In this document: piece by piece, positions 29,168-39,022 of the stretch
Layout: each line of letters opens with the position of its first letter
Numbering within the stretch: position 1 is the stretch's first letter
Origin: Candidatus Latescibacterota bacterium
GTDB lineage: Bacteria > Latescibacterota > UBA2968 > GCA-2709665
Length of the DNA stretch: 64,000 bases
Assembly: GCA_963667175.2 (NCBI GenBank)
Contig: CAXXXF010000006.1
Location: forward strand, 256,001-320,000
Direction of reading: 5' to 3'
Program-made: the position numbers and the translations under genes
Notes under the pieces: generated by a model
The model's database searches: none
Seen by the model: only the letters and a program-made list of their open reading frames with translations
Told to the model about the DNA's origin: nothing

Positions 29168-29281
29168 TCGAGCACCTTTCCTTCACGTGGTGGATTCCCT
29201 CATCCATACGACGTTGCCACTCTACAAGAAATATAGTTTTCCGGAACTTCAGATGCAAAGACTATCCCCGAGCGGCCACGC

Positions 29282-29311
29282 AAAACCCCCGCCGGCGAAG
29301 TGCCGGCGGGG
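29282..29311 (-). terminator. Intrinsic terminator after arsC
   Basis: Minus strand ccccgccggc-acttc-gccggcgggg followed by gtttt. Confidence 0.7.
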
Positions 29312-29352
29312 CCGAATACCAATGCCCGGGGCGCCGGTTCCACCGGCGCCCG

Positions 29353-29703
29353 TCAAAGAATCTCCAGCACGTTCTCGGGCGGGCGGCCCAGCCTTGCCCG
29401 GCCTTCACTGACGACGATCGGCCGCTCGATCAAGATGGGATATCTCGTCATCGCGCGGATCAGCGCCGTTCGATCGTCCGCCTTTTCTTCGAGGCGAAGC
29501 TCGCCGTATTCATCCTCCCCGGTTCGGACCAGATCCACCGGCCGGATACCCAGCATGTCCAGTATCCCGGAGAGCGTCTGCTCGTCCGGGGGCGTTTTCA
29601 GGTACTCGACGATTCTCGGCTCGACGCCGCGCTCCTTCAATAGTTTCAACGTCTGCCTGCTTTTGCTGCACGCGGGATTGTGGTAGATGACGACTTCGCT
29701 CAC
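29353..29703 (-). CDS. arsC: ArsC family arsenate reductase (glutaredoxin-type)
   Basis: IYHNPACSKSR, EYLKTPP, PILIERPIV, GRPPENV; AAGGAGG RBS. Confidence 0.9.
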   Translation of the reverse strand: MSEVVIYHNPACSKSRQTLKLLKERGVEPRIVEYLKTPPDEQTLSGILDMLGIRPVDLVRTGEDEYGELRLEEKADDRTALIRAMTRYPILIERPIVVSEGRARLGRPPENVLEIL

Positions 29704-29730
29704 GACAACCTCCTTCGTTTCACTGCCATT

Positions 29731-31434
29731 TCAGGGCATCACCGGCAAAATCACCCGGGACGGCCGGTTCGCATCGTGGAAAATCCGCTGATGCGCCGTT
29801 TGCAGGACCGTGTCGCGGTAATCGTCACCGCCGGTATTGTGGTTCCTGTCGAAATTCGGAAAATCGCTGCTGGAAACGTCCAGTCGAATGCGGTGGCCCT
29901 TCCTGAAGAGGTTGCTGGTGGGATTCACGCGAATCGCGTATTCGTAGACCCGGTCCGGTTCAATCAGGGTCGGGGCCTCGAAGGAACGCCGGTACCGCGC
30001 CCGCACGATTCCGTGACACAGCTCCTGGACGAATCCGTTGGGCCAGACGTCCATCAGCTTGGCAACGAAATCCGTATCCGGCGCCGAAGACGCCGCGAAC
30101 AGGCGCACCTCAACCGGTCCGGTCACCTCAACGGGCGCCGCCAGCGGCGGTGTCATATACACCATCACGTCGCGCCGGCCGTCCAGTGCCCGCTGGTCCA
30201 TGGGCGCGTGCTGCCCGCCCGGGGTGTAGAGGGTCATCAACGGGTCTCTCGGGTCGTAACCGTACGAGTCCGGTTCCTGGTTCCCGGGCGCCTCCCGGGA
30301 GAGCCATCCCGCGCCGGAAGGCAGGTCCGCGTGGCCCGAACTGTGCAGGTAGAACGTCGTATACACCGTTCGTTGCAGCGGCCATTCCCGCTCTCCGCGC
30401 CATTTGTTGGCCCCCATGACGAAGAGCTGCAGCGGGGGCCAGTCCGAGGCCTCGCTCCGTTGCCCTTTCAGCCAGCGCGAAAACCACGCGTCTGCAAATC
30501 CATAGAAGTCCCGCGCGGCATCAGGGCCGAAGTCCACCTCACCCACGCGGCGGTCCAGGTCCAGGAGCGTGTGGGTCCACGGGCCGACGATCATATGTTG
30601 ATTCTGCCGGGCGCGTGGACTCCCGCCGTTTTCCCGCATGCCCGTAAAATGCTTGAATATGCCGATCTGTTGATCATACCACCCCGCCGTACCCAGCACG
30701 GGGACATCCACGTTCGCATGTTTCTCCTGGAAACGGAAGTGATCCGCGGCATGGTCATTCAGCCACCGCTTCCAATGTTTGCCCATCCCCGGCATCACGT
30801 CCTCAGGGATATCCATCAGCGGCAGATACCAGAGCCATTTGCTCCGGTCCCGGTCCTGCCATCGCCGCGACGCGTCGTCTTTGGTTCTCTCCTTCCAGGG
30901 GTGACCGGTCCGCCGGGCCGTGTCTACCGACAGGTTGTTTATGGTCCAATCCATCACCCGTCCGAGGCGAAGCACGCCGCTTAACTCCCTGTCCAGAAGG
31001 TTCGCGGCAATCCCGCCCGCAAGCATGGCCACCAGATTGGGCGGACGCGTGTGCGCAAGTTCCCATTGTACCCACCCATCGTACGAGTTGCCGAACGTCC
31101 CCACCTTCCCGTCCGACCATGGCAATCCCGCCGCCCACGCCACCGTATCGTAACCGTCCTCCGAATCCCGATGGTCCGCACTGAAGAAACCGGGCTGAAA
31201 CTCGCCGTCCGATGCGTACCGTCCGCGAACGTCCTGGATGACCACGACGTATCCGCGTTCGGCCATCTTCGGGCCAATCTCAAGCTGCTTTTCCCCACCC
31301 TTGTCGTATGGCGTCCGGCAGAGCAATACCGGAAACTTGCCCTGTATATCGGGCCGGTAGACGTCCCCGCGCAGCACCGTACCGTCACGCATCAGCGCGT
31401 GGAGATCCTTTTCCTTCACCGTTGGATAGGCCAT
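29731..31434 (-). CDS. CocE/NonD family serine hydrolase
   Basis: MRDG, RTPY, QDVRGRYASDG, GNSYDG nucleophile elbow, GWYD, GPWTH, SSSDFPNFDRN. Confidence 0.93.
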   Translation of the reverse strand: MAYPTVKEKDLHALMRDGTVLRGDVYRPDIQGKFPVLLCRTPYDKGGEKQLEIGPKMAERGYVVVIQDVRGRYASDGEFQPGFFSADHRDSEDGYDTVAWAAGLPWSDGKVGTFGNSYDGWVQWELAHTRPPNLVAMLAGGIAANLLDRELSGVLRLGRVMDWTINNLSVDTARRTGHPWKERTKDDASRRWQDRDRSKWLWYLPLMDIPEDVMPGMGKHWKRWLNDHAADHFRFQEKHANVDVPVLGTAGWYDQQIGIFKHFTGMRENGGSPRARQNQHMIVGPWTHTLLDLDRRVGEVDFGPDAARDFYGFADAWFSRWLKGQRSEASDWPPLQLFVMGANKWRGEREWPLQRTVYTTFYLHSSGHADLPSGAGWLSREAPGNQEPDSYGYDPRDPLMTLYTPGGQHAPMDQRALDGRRDVMVYMTPPLAAPVEVTGPVEVRLFAASSAPDTDFVAKLMDVWPNGFVQELCHGIVRARYRRSFEAPTLIEPDRVYEYAIRVNPTSNLFRKGHRIRLDVSSSDFPNFDRNHNTGGDDYRDTVLQTAHQRIFHDANRPSRVILPVMP

Positions 31435-31517
31435 TCGCGCCTTTCCGTTACCCCTCTTTTCGATCCGCGGCCGAGAAAGACCAGCGCGGAAGTTGCGCGC
31501 TCCTTACGCGACGGCAT

Positions 31518-33320
31518 TCAGGCGAACTCCCAGACCAGCACGGTGGTATCCGCGGATCCGGACAGGATATAACGTCCGTCCCGCCCCGCAGCCAGCGCGT
31601 GGACGGCCCCCTCGTGCCCTGTAAACTCGGCCACAGGCGCCTCGGATCCCGGTTCCCATACGATTACCCTGCCATCCTGCCCGGCAGAACAGAACGACCG
31701 CCCGTCGGGCAGCAGCAGGACGTCTTCCGCGCCGCCGTCGTGCTCGTACGAACACACCTCCCGCCCTTCCCGCAGGTCCCACTCAACCACCCATCCATCT
31801 CTGCCAGCGGACGTCACCGTGCCACTCTGCGCACAGGCCACGGCCTGCACCCAGCCCCGGTGCGCGGCCGCCGTTGCCTTCATCTCGCCGGTCGCCCTAT
31901 CCCAGACCCTCACCGTGCCATCGCGTCCACCGCTCACGACGTCTCGGCCGTCCGGTGAGACGGACAGCGCCAGCACGCCGCCCAGATGCCCTTCCAGGGT
32001 CTGTTTCGCCCTTCCGGAAACGGCATCCCACACCCGGATCGAGCCATCGTCCGCGGCGCTTACGACGTCGTGGGGCCCGGCGAAGACCACCGCCCGGACG
32101 TATCCGAGATGCCCGTGCAGCGCGCGCACGCAGTTTCCGCTATTGCTCTCGACAATGCGGACGCTGCCGTCTTTGCACCCCGCCGCAACCCGGGCGCCGT
32201 CGGGGGAAACCGCCAGCGCGTGGACCTCGCCGCCAGGGCACTCGACCGTTCGCGTTGACGTCCATCCCCCCGTCTCCCACCATCGGATGGTCTTGTCCGC
32301 AGCGCCGGAAATCGCCAGGGACCCGTCGGGCGTCAGGGCAAGCGCACGCACGCCGGCCATGTGCCGCTCCCACAGCAGGCGAGGCCGCCCCGTGGCCATG
32401 GCGGTCTCCGCCAGCAGCCCATCGCTACCGTGGGAAAGCACCCGGTCACCATCGGGTGAAACCCGGATTCGGTTGACGTGGCTCTGGTGGGGGCGCCACC
32501 TTTTCACGACCGCGGCCGTCTTCCGGTCCCACAGCCGGATCGACCCGTCCCGGGAACCGGTCAGGATATGCCGGTCGTCCCCGGCGTATGCCACGGAAGG
32601 CACCGCGTGCCCCAGATGCCCGGTATAGGTCTCCAGACACTCGTAGTCCCGCAGGCGCCATTCGTTCGACTTGTGGCGGGTGCCCACCAGCAGCCGCTCC
32701 CCGTCCGCGGACAGGCACATATCGTAACAGACGTAATCCTCCACGAAGACCTTCAGCCGCGCGCCGGTCGACAGGTCGTAGTGGTAGACGTTGTGGCCTG
32801 GCTGATGGGCCACCAGCGCCGTCCGGCCGTCCGGAGCGTACAGGCAGAGGTTGAAGTGCTCGCCGGCATCCGAAATCGCGATGCGCCGCCCGCCCGTCTC
32901 CCGGTCCCACTCCTCCAACGTGCACGAACCCTGGTCCAGGGTCAGCACCCGGTTCTCGTCCGGCGAATACCGCACCGAGACGAGCGACGTCCGCCCCGTG
33001 TCGAATCCGCCTACCTCGCGCGGATTTTCGGTCAGGCGCCATTCGCGCAGCACGCCAGCCTCATCGGCGAACAGCGCTCTTGACACGCTTCGGTTCCAGG
33101 CCGCGGCCGTGAGGTGATGGTCCGACACCCGGCGCCGCGCAATGCACTCGCCTTCCGTCAGATCCCAGACGCAAAGGGTCTTCTCCGATAGTACGAGCGC
33201 CTGCCGGCCGTCGGCGGAGTAGACCACGTCGGTGACCGACCCCCGCATCCGGCGGGTTCCCAGCCGCCCGACCGCGCCTTCGGGCAACGGATCGCCCAGA
33301 TGGTCCTTGCGACCGTTCAT
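31518..33320 (-). CDS. WD40 repeat beta-propeller protein
   Basis: Many GH...SGS.D.T.R.WD repeats; N-terminal DPLPEGAVGRLG; start set at MNGRKD (ATGA overlap). Confidence 0.92.
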   Translation of the reverse strand: MNGRKDHLGDPLPEGAVGRLGTRRMRGSVTDVVYSADGRQALVLSEKTLCVWDLTEGECIARRRVSDHHLTAAAWNRSVSRALFADEAGVLREWRLTENPREVGGFDTGRTSLVSVRYSPDENRVLTLDQGSCTLEEWDRETGGRRIAISDAGEHFNLCLYAPDGRTALVAHQPGHNVYHYDLSTGARLKVFVEDYVCYDMCLSADGERLLVGTRHKSNEWRLRDYECLETYTGHLGHAVPSVAYAGDDRHILTGSRDGSIRLWDRKTAAVVKRWRPHQSHVNRIRVSPDGDRVLSHGSDGLLAETAMATGRPRLLWERHMAGVRALALTPDGSLAISGAADKTIRWWETGGWTSTRTVECPGGEVHALAVSPDGARVAAGCKDGSVRIVESNSGNCVRALHGHLGYVRAVVFAGPHDVVSAADDGSIRVWDAVSGRAKQTLEGHLGGVLALSVSPDGRDVVSGGRDGTVRVWDRATGEMKATAAAHRGWVQAVACAQSGTVTSAGRDGWVVEWDLREGREVCSYEHDGGAEDVLLLPDGRSFCSAGQDGRVIVWEPGSEAPVAEFTGHEGAVHALAAGRDGRYILSGSADTTVLVWEFA

Positions 33321-34372
33321 GGCTCTACCCTCTGTTTCGCAACCAACCGGCCGTCGGAACCAAGGACGTTCCGGAACGCCCGTGTATTTCCCCCGGCTCG
33401 CACCACGTTTTCGGGCACGGGGCTGAGACAGCGGTTGTGGTGAATGCCGGCATCCTGGCAGGGGGCGCCCCGGATCACCACGCTGCGCACGTGCTGCGCG
33501 ATAAACGTGTTGTGGTGAACGTCCATCCAGTCGCCGGAGATCTCGGTCGCGTCTCCCCGGTCCTGCCCGCCGTGCATGTCGAAGAGGTGACCGTTGGCGT
33601 GTTCCAGGCAGATATTGTAACGCGCTTCGTATCCCGACCCCGGTAATCCGCTGGATGCGACGTGGTGTCTGCACCAGTCGAACAGATTCGCTTCAACCAG
33701 AACCGTGGCGCCGTTGATGCTGACGCCGTACCCCAGGCCGCCCTTCTGATTGTGGTGGATGAAGTTGTGGTGCACGTATCCCCGGGTGGCGCCCTCGTCG
33801 AACCGGGTCGCCGCGACGCTGAATCCGCTGATTTCGCAATTGTCGATCTCCAGCGCAAAATGGGACGTGATGATGCCGTAAGACGAATGCGCGGCCCGTT
33901 CGCGGTGCGGATAGGGTCCCCGGATGCGCAAACCGGTGACTCGGGCGTGGTCCCCCGCCGTCTTGAACAGAAACGGCGTTTCCGGCGCGTTGGTATAGAT
34001 CAGCCCACCCGCGGACCCGCCGGCGCCCCGGTCTCCGGCCAGCGTCACAGCTTCCGGAATCGTCAGACCGGGCCGTCCGCCCATATCGATCTCGGCATCA
34101 CGCGGAACGAACACCACGTCTCCCGCCGCAGCTTTATCCAGCGCCAGCGCCAGTTCTCCGTAGCCGCGCACGGAACGGATGCCGCCTGTGAATCGGTCCG
34201 CGTAGCCCTCGCCCCCGCCAATCGGATTTCCCGTGGGGTTGTGTTCGGCGCCGAACGCCTCCGTATCGCCCTCAAGGTCCGTCTCGCCCCGCCAGCGCGC
34301 CGTTCGCGCCGTGCGGATCCCGCCACCCGATGCCCGTTCGATCGAAATCAAGAGTTCACCTCCGACGTTCAA
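33317..34372 (-). CDS. Right-handed parallel beta-helix protein
   Basis: IDNCEISGF, VHHNFIHHN, GYGV, EANLF, FDMHG, VHHNTF. Confidence 0.8.
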   Translation of the reverse strand: MNVGGELLISIERASGGGIRTARTARWRGETDLEGDTEAFGAEHNPTGNPIGGGEGYADRFTGGIRSVRGYGELALALDKAAAGDVVFVPRDAEIDMGGRPGLTIPEAVTLAGDRGAGGSAGGLIYTNAPETPFLFKTAGDHARVTGLRIRGPYPHRERAAHSSYGIITSHFALEIDNCEISGFSVAATRFDEGATRGYVHHNFIHHNQKGGLGYGVSINGATVLVEANLFDWCRHHVASSGLPGSGYEARYNICLEHANGHLFDMHGGQDRGDATEISGDWMDVHHNTFIAQHVRSVVIRGAPCQDAGIHHNRCLSPVPENVVRAGGNTRAFRNVLGSDGRLVAKQRVEP

Positions 34373-34386
34373 CGCCCGGCGGTCAA

Positions 34387-35568
34387 TCAGTCCGCCACGC
34401 CGCAGTAATTCATCGCGGTGAGCGCGTATACTCTCGCGGCGGCTTCAATACGCGCTACCGACACCCACTCGTCGTCGGAATGGGCCGTCTCATTCGACGG
34501 CCCGTAGTAGAACGTGGGTACCCCCGTCTCGTTCATATAGATGTTGGCGTCGCCAACCAGCCGTCGTCCCACGTAGCTGACGTCCTCGCCCGCCACTTCC
34601 CGGTGGGCCGCGGCAGCCGCCCGGACGGCCGGATCGTCCCGCCGTGTCTCGAACGGCTCCCGCTGCAGCGCCACGTCGATGGAAAGCCCCATGTTCCCGG
34701 CCCTCGCGAAGGGCTCAGCCATCGATTCCAGTTCGATCAGTACCGAAGATTTGGTCTTGCCCGGCAGCCACCGCCGCGTCCCGGTAAGCACGCACCGGCC
34801 CGGCGTCCGGTTGAAGTAGTCGCCGGCCCGAACGATGCCCAGATCGATCCGCTCCGGTCCGGCCAGCGGATGCGCGTCACCGGCATCCAGTTCTCGCTGC
34901 CTCTCCGTTATTCTCCGGATCAGGTCTCCCACGTGGCGGATGGGGTTTTCAGAAAACGGCACGTAATTCGTATGGGCGCCGCCCCGTCCGGACGTCAGCG
35001 TGATCGTGAACACCATCGACCCCATGCTCATCACCCAGAGTTCATCGCCGCCCTCCACGATGAGAATACGGTCGCATCTCAGCCGTCCGCTGTTCACGTC
35101 CGCCACGAGCGCCAGGGGGCCGTCTTTCTCGGCCTCAGGTTCCTCGTGGCCGACCACACCGGTGACCAGCAGGTCGCCCTTGAGTCGCACCCCCGAATCC
35201 TGAAGTGCCTTTGCGGCGCCCAGCATGGCGGCCACGCCACCCTTCATGTCCGTCGTGCCGCGCCCGAAGATTCGGTCGCCCTCCCGCCGGACCGGGGTGC
35301 AGTCGCCGATGGGAATCGTATCCAGGTGCCCGTTCAGCAGCAACGCGGGCCCGTCGCCGGCGCCCCCGATTCCCGCGTACAGATTTCTCCGTCCCGGCGT
35401 CACCTCGTGCGCGTCCACGTCCAGTCCCAGATCGGCCAGTTGCGCCTCGAAACACGCACAGACGTCGGCTTCCTCGCCCGTGACGCTGGGAATCTCGACA
35501 AGCCTGAGCGCCTGTTCGGCCATCCACTCCACGTCAATCGCATTCAGAACCGCCTCTCGCGCGCTCAT
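34387..35568 (-). CDS. M20 family peptidase / deacylase (ArgE/DapE-like)
   Basis: LNGHLDT, GRGTTDMKGG, GHEE, GAH, YGP...AHSDDE. Confidence 0.92.
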   Translation of the reverse strand: MSAREAVLNAIDVEWMAEQALRLVEIPSVTGEEADVCACFEAQLADLGLDVDAHEVTPGRRNLYAGIGGAGDGPALLLNGHLDTIPIGDCTPVRREGDRIFGRGTTDMKGGVAAMLGAAKALQDSGVRLKGDLLVTGVVGHEEPEAEKDGPLALVADVNSGRLRCDRILIVEGGDELWVMSMGSMVFTITLTSGRGGAHTNYVPFSENPIRHVGDLIRRITERQRELDAGDAHPLAGPERIDLGIVRAGDYFNRTPGRCVLTGTRRWLPGKTKSSVLIELESMAEPFARAGNMGLSIDVALQREPFETRRDDPAVRAAAAAHREVAGEDVSYVGRRLVGDANIYMNETGVPTFYYGPSNETAHSDDEWVSVARIEAAARVYALTAMNYCGVAD

Positions 35569-35569
35569 T

Positions 35570-36301
35570 TCAGACCTCACCGCAGGCACGAACAAACGCG
35601 TCCGACGTGGATGTATAGCCGACGTTGGCTTCGATGAAGCGGATCCCGAAGAGACTCGCCAGTCCGTCAGCCTCGGTTTCCGGGTATTCCAGGGTGCTGC
35701 AACAATCCCGAAGCACGATCACGCGGTAATTGCGGTACATGGCCTCGGTTACCGTCGTCCCGAGGCAGATCCGCGTGTCGAACCCGACAGTCACCAGGTT
35801 GTAGATCCCCAGGCTGCGCAGCAGCGAGTCCAGGTGCGTCTCGAAGAATCCGCTGTACATCTGTTTCTTTACCACGTAATCGCCGGCTTCCGGAGCGATC
35901 ACGTCCGAAAACGCAAGGATATCGTTCGGTTCCGGCCACGCCTCCAGCACGTCCACGCCGCACGTCCGGATGGACATCCGGCGCCACTCCGTCCGTTCGT
36001 TGGTTGAGGGCGCCAGGTAATTCGTTACGTAGACGACGGGCAGCCCGAGGCGCTTTGCGGCGTCTTTGGCGGGACGGATGTGATTCACCACGATCTCACG
36101 GTTTTTTATCACGGCAGCGCGATACAACTCCGGTACGTCTCCCACGTCGTTGTCGGGATCATAACCCTTTCCGTAGACGTCCACCAGAAAGAACGCCGTA
36201 TTGTCCAGACCCAGTTCGAGTTCCTCCTCGGCATGGCCCAGATGGCGGCCGGGCGGATGCTGCCGGTAGTACCTGCCTCTCAGACCGATCTTTTTCGACA
36301 T
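35570..36301 (-). CDS. Isochorismatase family cysteine hydrolase
   Basis: LVDV, KQMYSGFFETHLDSLLR, GFDTRICL, LRDC. Confidence 0.88.
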   Translation of the reverse strand: MSKKIGLRGRYYRQHPPGRHLGHAEEELELGLDNTAFFLVDVYGKGYDPDNDVGDVPELYRAAVIKNREIVVNHIRPAKDAAKRLGLPVVYVTNYLAPSTNERTEWRRMSIRTCGVDVLEAWPEPNDILAFSDVIAPEAGDYVVKKQMYSGFFETHLDSLLRSLGIYNLVTVGFDTRICLGTTVTEAMYRNYRVIVLRDCCSTLEYPETEADGLASLFGIRFIEANVGYTSTSDAFVRACGEV

Positions 36302-36316
36302 CGACGCCTCCAGCGA

Positions 36317-37300
36317 TCAGTGTGTCTCCACCGTAACCGGCGCCCTGCGTTCCAGCGACCTGTAGGCCGCCTCGGAAAGCCGTGCGACCTGCAGGGCAAA
36401 GTCCGGGGCTTCGTATCCCACTCCGCCGCTCCGGATCCAGCCGAAGAACGCCGCGTCGGGTGTGGTCTCGCGAACCCGATCGGGAATCGTCATGGGTTCG
36501 TCGTTCACCAGCACCGCCTTTACGTCCCACTTGTAGAGGTGGAAGACGATGCACCCTTCGGCGCCATGGATGGCAATGCGCTCGTCGTGTTCCCTGGCGT
36601 TGCCGAACGTGCTGATCGTGCCCACGGCCCCTCCGTCAAACCGCACGTTCAGTACGGCGTTGACGTCCACGTCCAACCTGCCGCGGTCCATAAACGCCGA
36701 GACCTCCACCGGCGCCAGCCCGGTAATCCACAACGTGGACGCAACCAGGTGGCTGCCCGTGTCCATGAACATACCGCCGCCGGAGAGCTCGGGATCCAGG
36801 CGCCAACCCTTCACGCCGCCCCAGTTCTGCGTCACGTAGGAAACCACGCCGCGCAATTCCCCGATTCGTCCATCACGCACCAGCTCCCGGGCGTACACGT
36901 GCGGGGCGAAGTAGTTCCGCTGGTAGCTCACCTGCAGAAACCGCTCTCTCTCCGCCGCCAGGTCGATCAGCGCCCGCGTGTGCGCCGATGACACCGTCAG
37001 CGGCTTTTCCACCAGCACGTGCAGTCCCGCCTCGAGGCCGAGCTTCGCCTGCTCGAAGTGCATCGAATGCGGCGAACTGATGAAAATCGCGTCGAGCGCC
37101 TCCTCCTGAATCATGCGGCGATAGTCCTCGTAACAGGGCACGTCGCGCCCGTATCGATCCATCAGCAGCCGGGCCTGGTCGGATACCGGATCCGCCACGC
37201 AAACCAGCGTTACATCCTGCTCAGCCTGAATCCGCGGCACGTGCGCGCCGCGCATATTGCCGCCGCAACCGACCAGGCCCAGACGAATCGCTTCGGCCAT
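36317..37300 (-). CDS. Gfo/Idh/MocA family oxidoreductase
   Basis: GLVGCGG, HVLVEKP, WR.DPELSGGGMFMDTGSH. Confidence 0.93.
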   Translation of the reverse strand: MAEAIRLGLVGCGGNMRGAHVPRIQAEQDVTLVCVADPVSDQARLLMDRYGRDVPCYEDYRRMIQEEALDAIFISSPHSMHFEQAKLGLEAGLHVLVEKPLTVSSAHTRALIDLAAERERFLQVSYQRNYFAPHVYARELVRDGRIGELRGVVSYVTQNWGGVKGWRLDPELSGGGMFMDTGSHLVASTLWITGLAPVEVSAFMDRGRLDVDVNAVLNVRFDGGAVGTISTFGNAREHDERIAIHGAEGCIVFHLYKWDVKAVLVNDEPMTIPDRVRETTPDAAFFGWIRSGGVGYEAPDFALQVARLSEAAYRSLERRAPVTVETH

Positions 37301-37316
37301 TCCTCCCTCCATCGTG

Positions 37317-38162
37317 TCATTTGTTATCGCCCCCGGACATGCCCAAACACGATCTGACGTATTCAAGATTCCTGAGACTGTTCGCTGCCAGACCGCTAAA
37401 CGCCGGATCGGCCACTTCGAACGCATCCGGACTGATGTCCAGGTGTGTTTCTACCACCACGAAGCCCTTGTACCCGTCGGCGCAAAGGGCATCCAGCTGC
37501 CCCGGCCAGTCCACGATGCCCTCCTCTGCCGGACACCAGGCGCCCGTGTCCGGGTTGAAATTCTTCACGTGTACGTGGGTAACCAGTTCTTTCAGATCCA
37601 CGTATTCGTCAGGATAGGGCGAACCTGTGCCCGCTCGGGCGGAATTGCCGGGGTCCCAGCAAAGCGAGATACGGTCCTCGTCCACCTGTCGTATCAGCGA
37701 GGCCGCCTCGGCGCCGGTTGCCCCCCAGCAGACCGCCTCGTTCTCCAGCGCCAGACGACATCCTTCCCGCTCCGCAACGTCCACCATCTGTCCCAGCCTG
37801 TCCACAACCGCCGCCGGAGGTCGCGGCGCCTCCGTTCGCGCGAAGGCGAAGCAGGACACCCGATCGGTACCCAGTCGTTGCGCCCACTCGCATGCCCTGG
37901 GCAGCGAGTTGTCGAGCTGCTCATCGACGCCGGGGTCGTCCAGCGGTCCCTTGAATAAACCCGGGGATACTCCGGAAACGCCCAGACCGGCATCGCTGAT
38001 CAGCTCATGAAAGCCGGTCAGTTCCCTGTCGCTAACAGCTGGAAACCGTCCACCCGCCAGCTGGCGCACCTCCACGTGCGAAACCCCCCAGTCCGCGGCG
38101 AGGGAGACCGCCCGCTTCGGATCGTACCGATCGATTTCATCCGCGAAAATCGAGATCTTCAC
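37317..38162 (-). CDS. Sugar phosphate isomerase/epimerase (xylose isomerase-like TIM barrel)
   Basis: KISIFADEI, LENE, WDPGN, HVHVKN, VETH; GTG start overlapping upstream stop. Confidence 0.88.
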   Translation of the reverse strand: MKISIFADEIDRYDPKRAVSLAADWGVSHVEVRQLAGGRFPAVSDRELTGFHELISDAGLGVSGVSPGLFKGPLDDPGVDEQLDNSLPRACEWAQRLGTDRVSCFAFARTEAPRPPAAVVDRLGQMVDVAEREGCRLALENEAVCWGATGAEAASLIRQVDEDRISLCWDPGNSARAGTGSPYPDEYVDLKELVTHVHVKNFNPDTGAWCPAEEGIVDWPGQLDALCADGYKGFVVVETHLDISPDAFEVADPAFSGLAANSLRNLEYVRSCLGMSGGDNK

Positions 38163-38941
38163 GTTTCCCTCCCTGGCAGCCCCGCGATCATCTCCGTGGA
38201 CGTGATCGAGTACTTTCCGAACATCTCCAGAAACAGGATGGCGCCGCGCGTCTGCCACAACCCGTCCTGCGTTTCGAACGACTCCATGCCTGTCCCGCAG
38301 TCCCGAAGGATGATGACCTCGTATCCGCGCTTGCTCATTTCGACCGTGCCGTAGTCCCGCAACAGGATACACGCGTTGGTGTTGAACCCCAGGAAGAACA
38401 GAAACAGGATCCCCTCGCGTTTGCAATACCGGTGCAGCTCCTCCCCGTTGTAGATGACAGCCTCGCCGTCTTCCACGCGCACCAGCGGATGCATCCGCCG
38501 CCTGGAACGCATTTCGACAATTTCCGGCTCTCTCGGCTCCTCGGGTCTGGCAAAGGCGGCATAGTCGCCGGTCCTGGACCTGAACTCTCGGGGCGGCCAC
38601 GTTTCACCCGTACCGGTCGACTCCGAAGGATCGTCGATCAACTTCACCCATGCCGGATGACGTTCGGCCAGTCCCGGCGCGGGCGCGTGGATCAGCCGCA
38701 TTCCGGCGCTGCGGCACGCCTCGAGCAGCGGCACGATACGCGCCGCAATGATCGCGTCCGCCCGATCCGCCGGCTCCTTCAGGTAGTGCTCCTCCCACAC
38801 GTCCACCAGCACCAGCGCGGACTGTGAAAGCGGCACGCGCCAGTCCAAATGTTCGTAGTCCGTGTTCTTTTCCTCCCAGGGCACGCCGGGGTCCACGTGC
38901 CACCGGTAGTACCTGGGTCTGATATGCAGTTCCTTTTCCAT
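38159..38941 (-). CDS. Isochorismatase family cysteine hydrolase
   Basis: ALVLVDVW, IHAP, GFNTNACIL, LRDC. Confidence 0.82.
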   Translation of the reverse strand: MEKELHIRPRYYRWHVDPGVPWEEKNTDYEHLDWRVPLSQSALVLVDVWEEHYLKEPADRADAIIAARIVPLLEACRSAGMRLIHAPAPGLAERHPAWVKLIDDPSESTGTGETWPPREFRSRTGDYAAFARPEEPREPEIVEMRSRRRMHPLVRVEDGEAVIYNGEELHRYCKREGILFLFFLGFNTNACILLRDYGTVEMSKRGYEVIILRDCGTGMESFETQDGLWQTRGAILFLEMFGKYSITSTEMIAGLPGRET

Positions 38942-39022
38942 AATTGCTCCACGGTGAAAGGACGCCGGAGAACGCAGCATCTCTCGTCTTCCTTACCAGT
39001 CGCCTGAAATTGTCTCCTGAAG

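Noticed and set aside
29353-31434. CocE TGA stop in frame with arsC, possible read-through fusion
   Set aside because: arsC has its own perfect AAGGAGG RBS and both proteins end and start at family-typical positions
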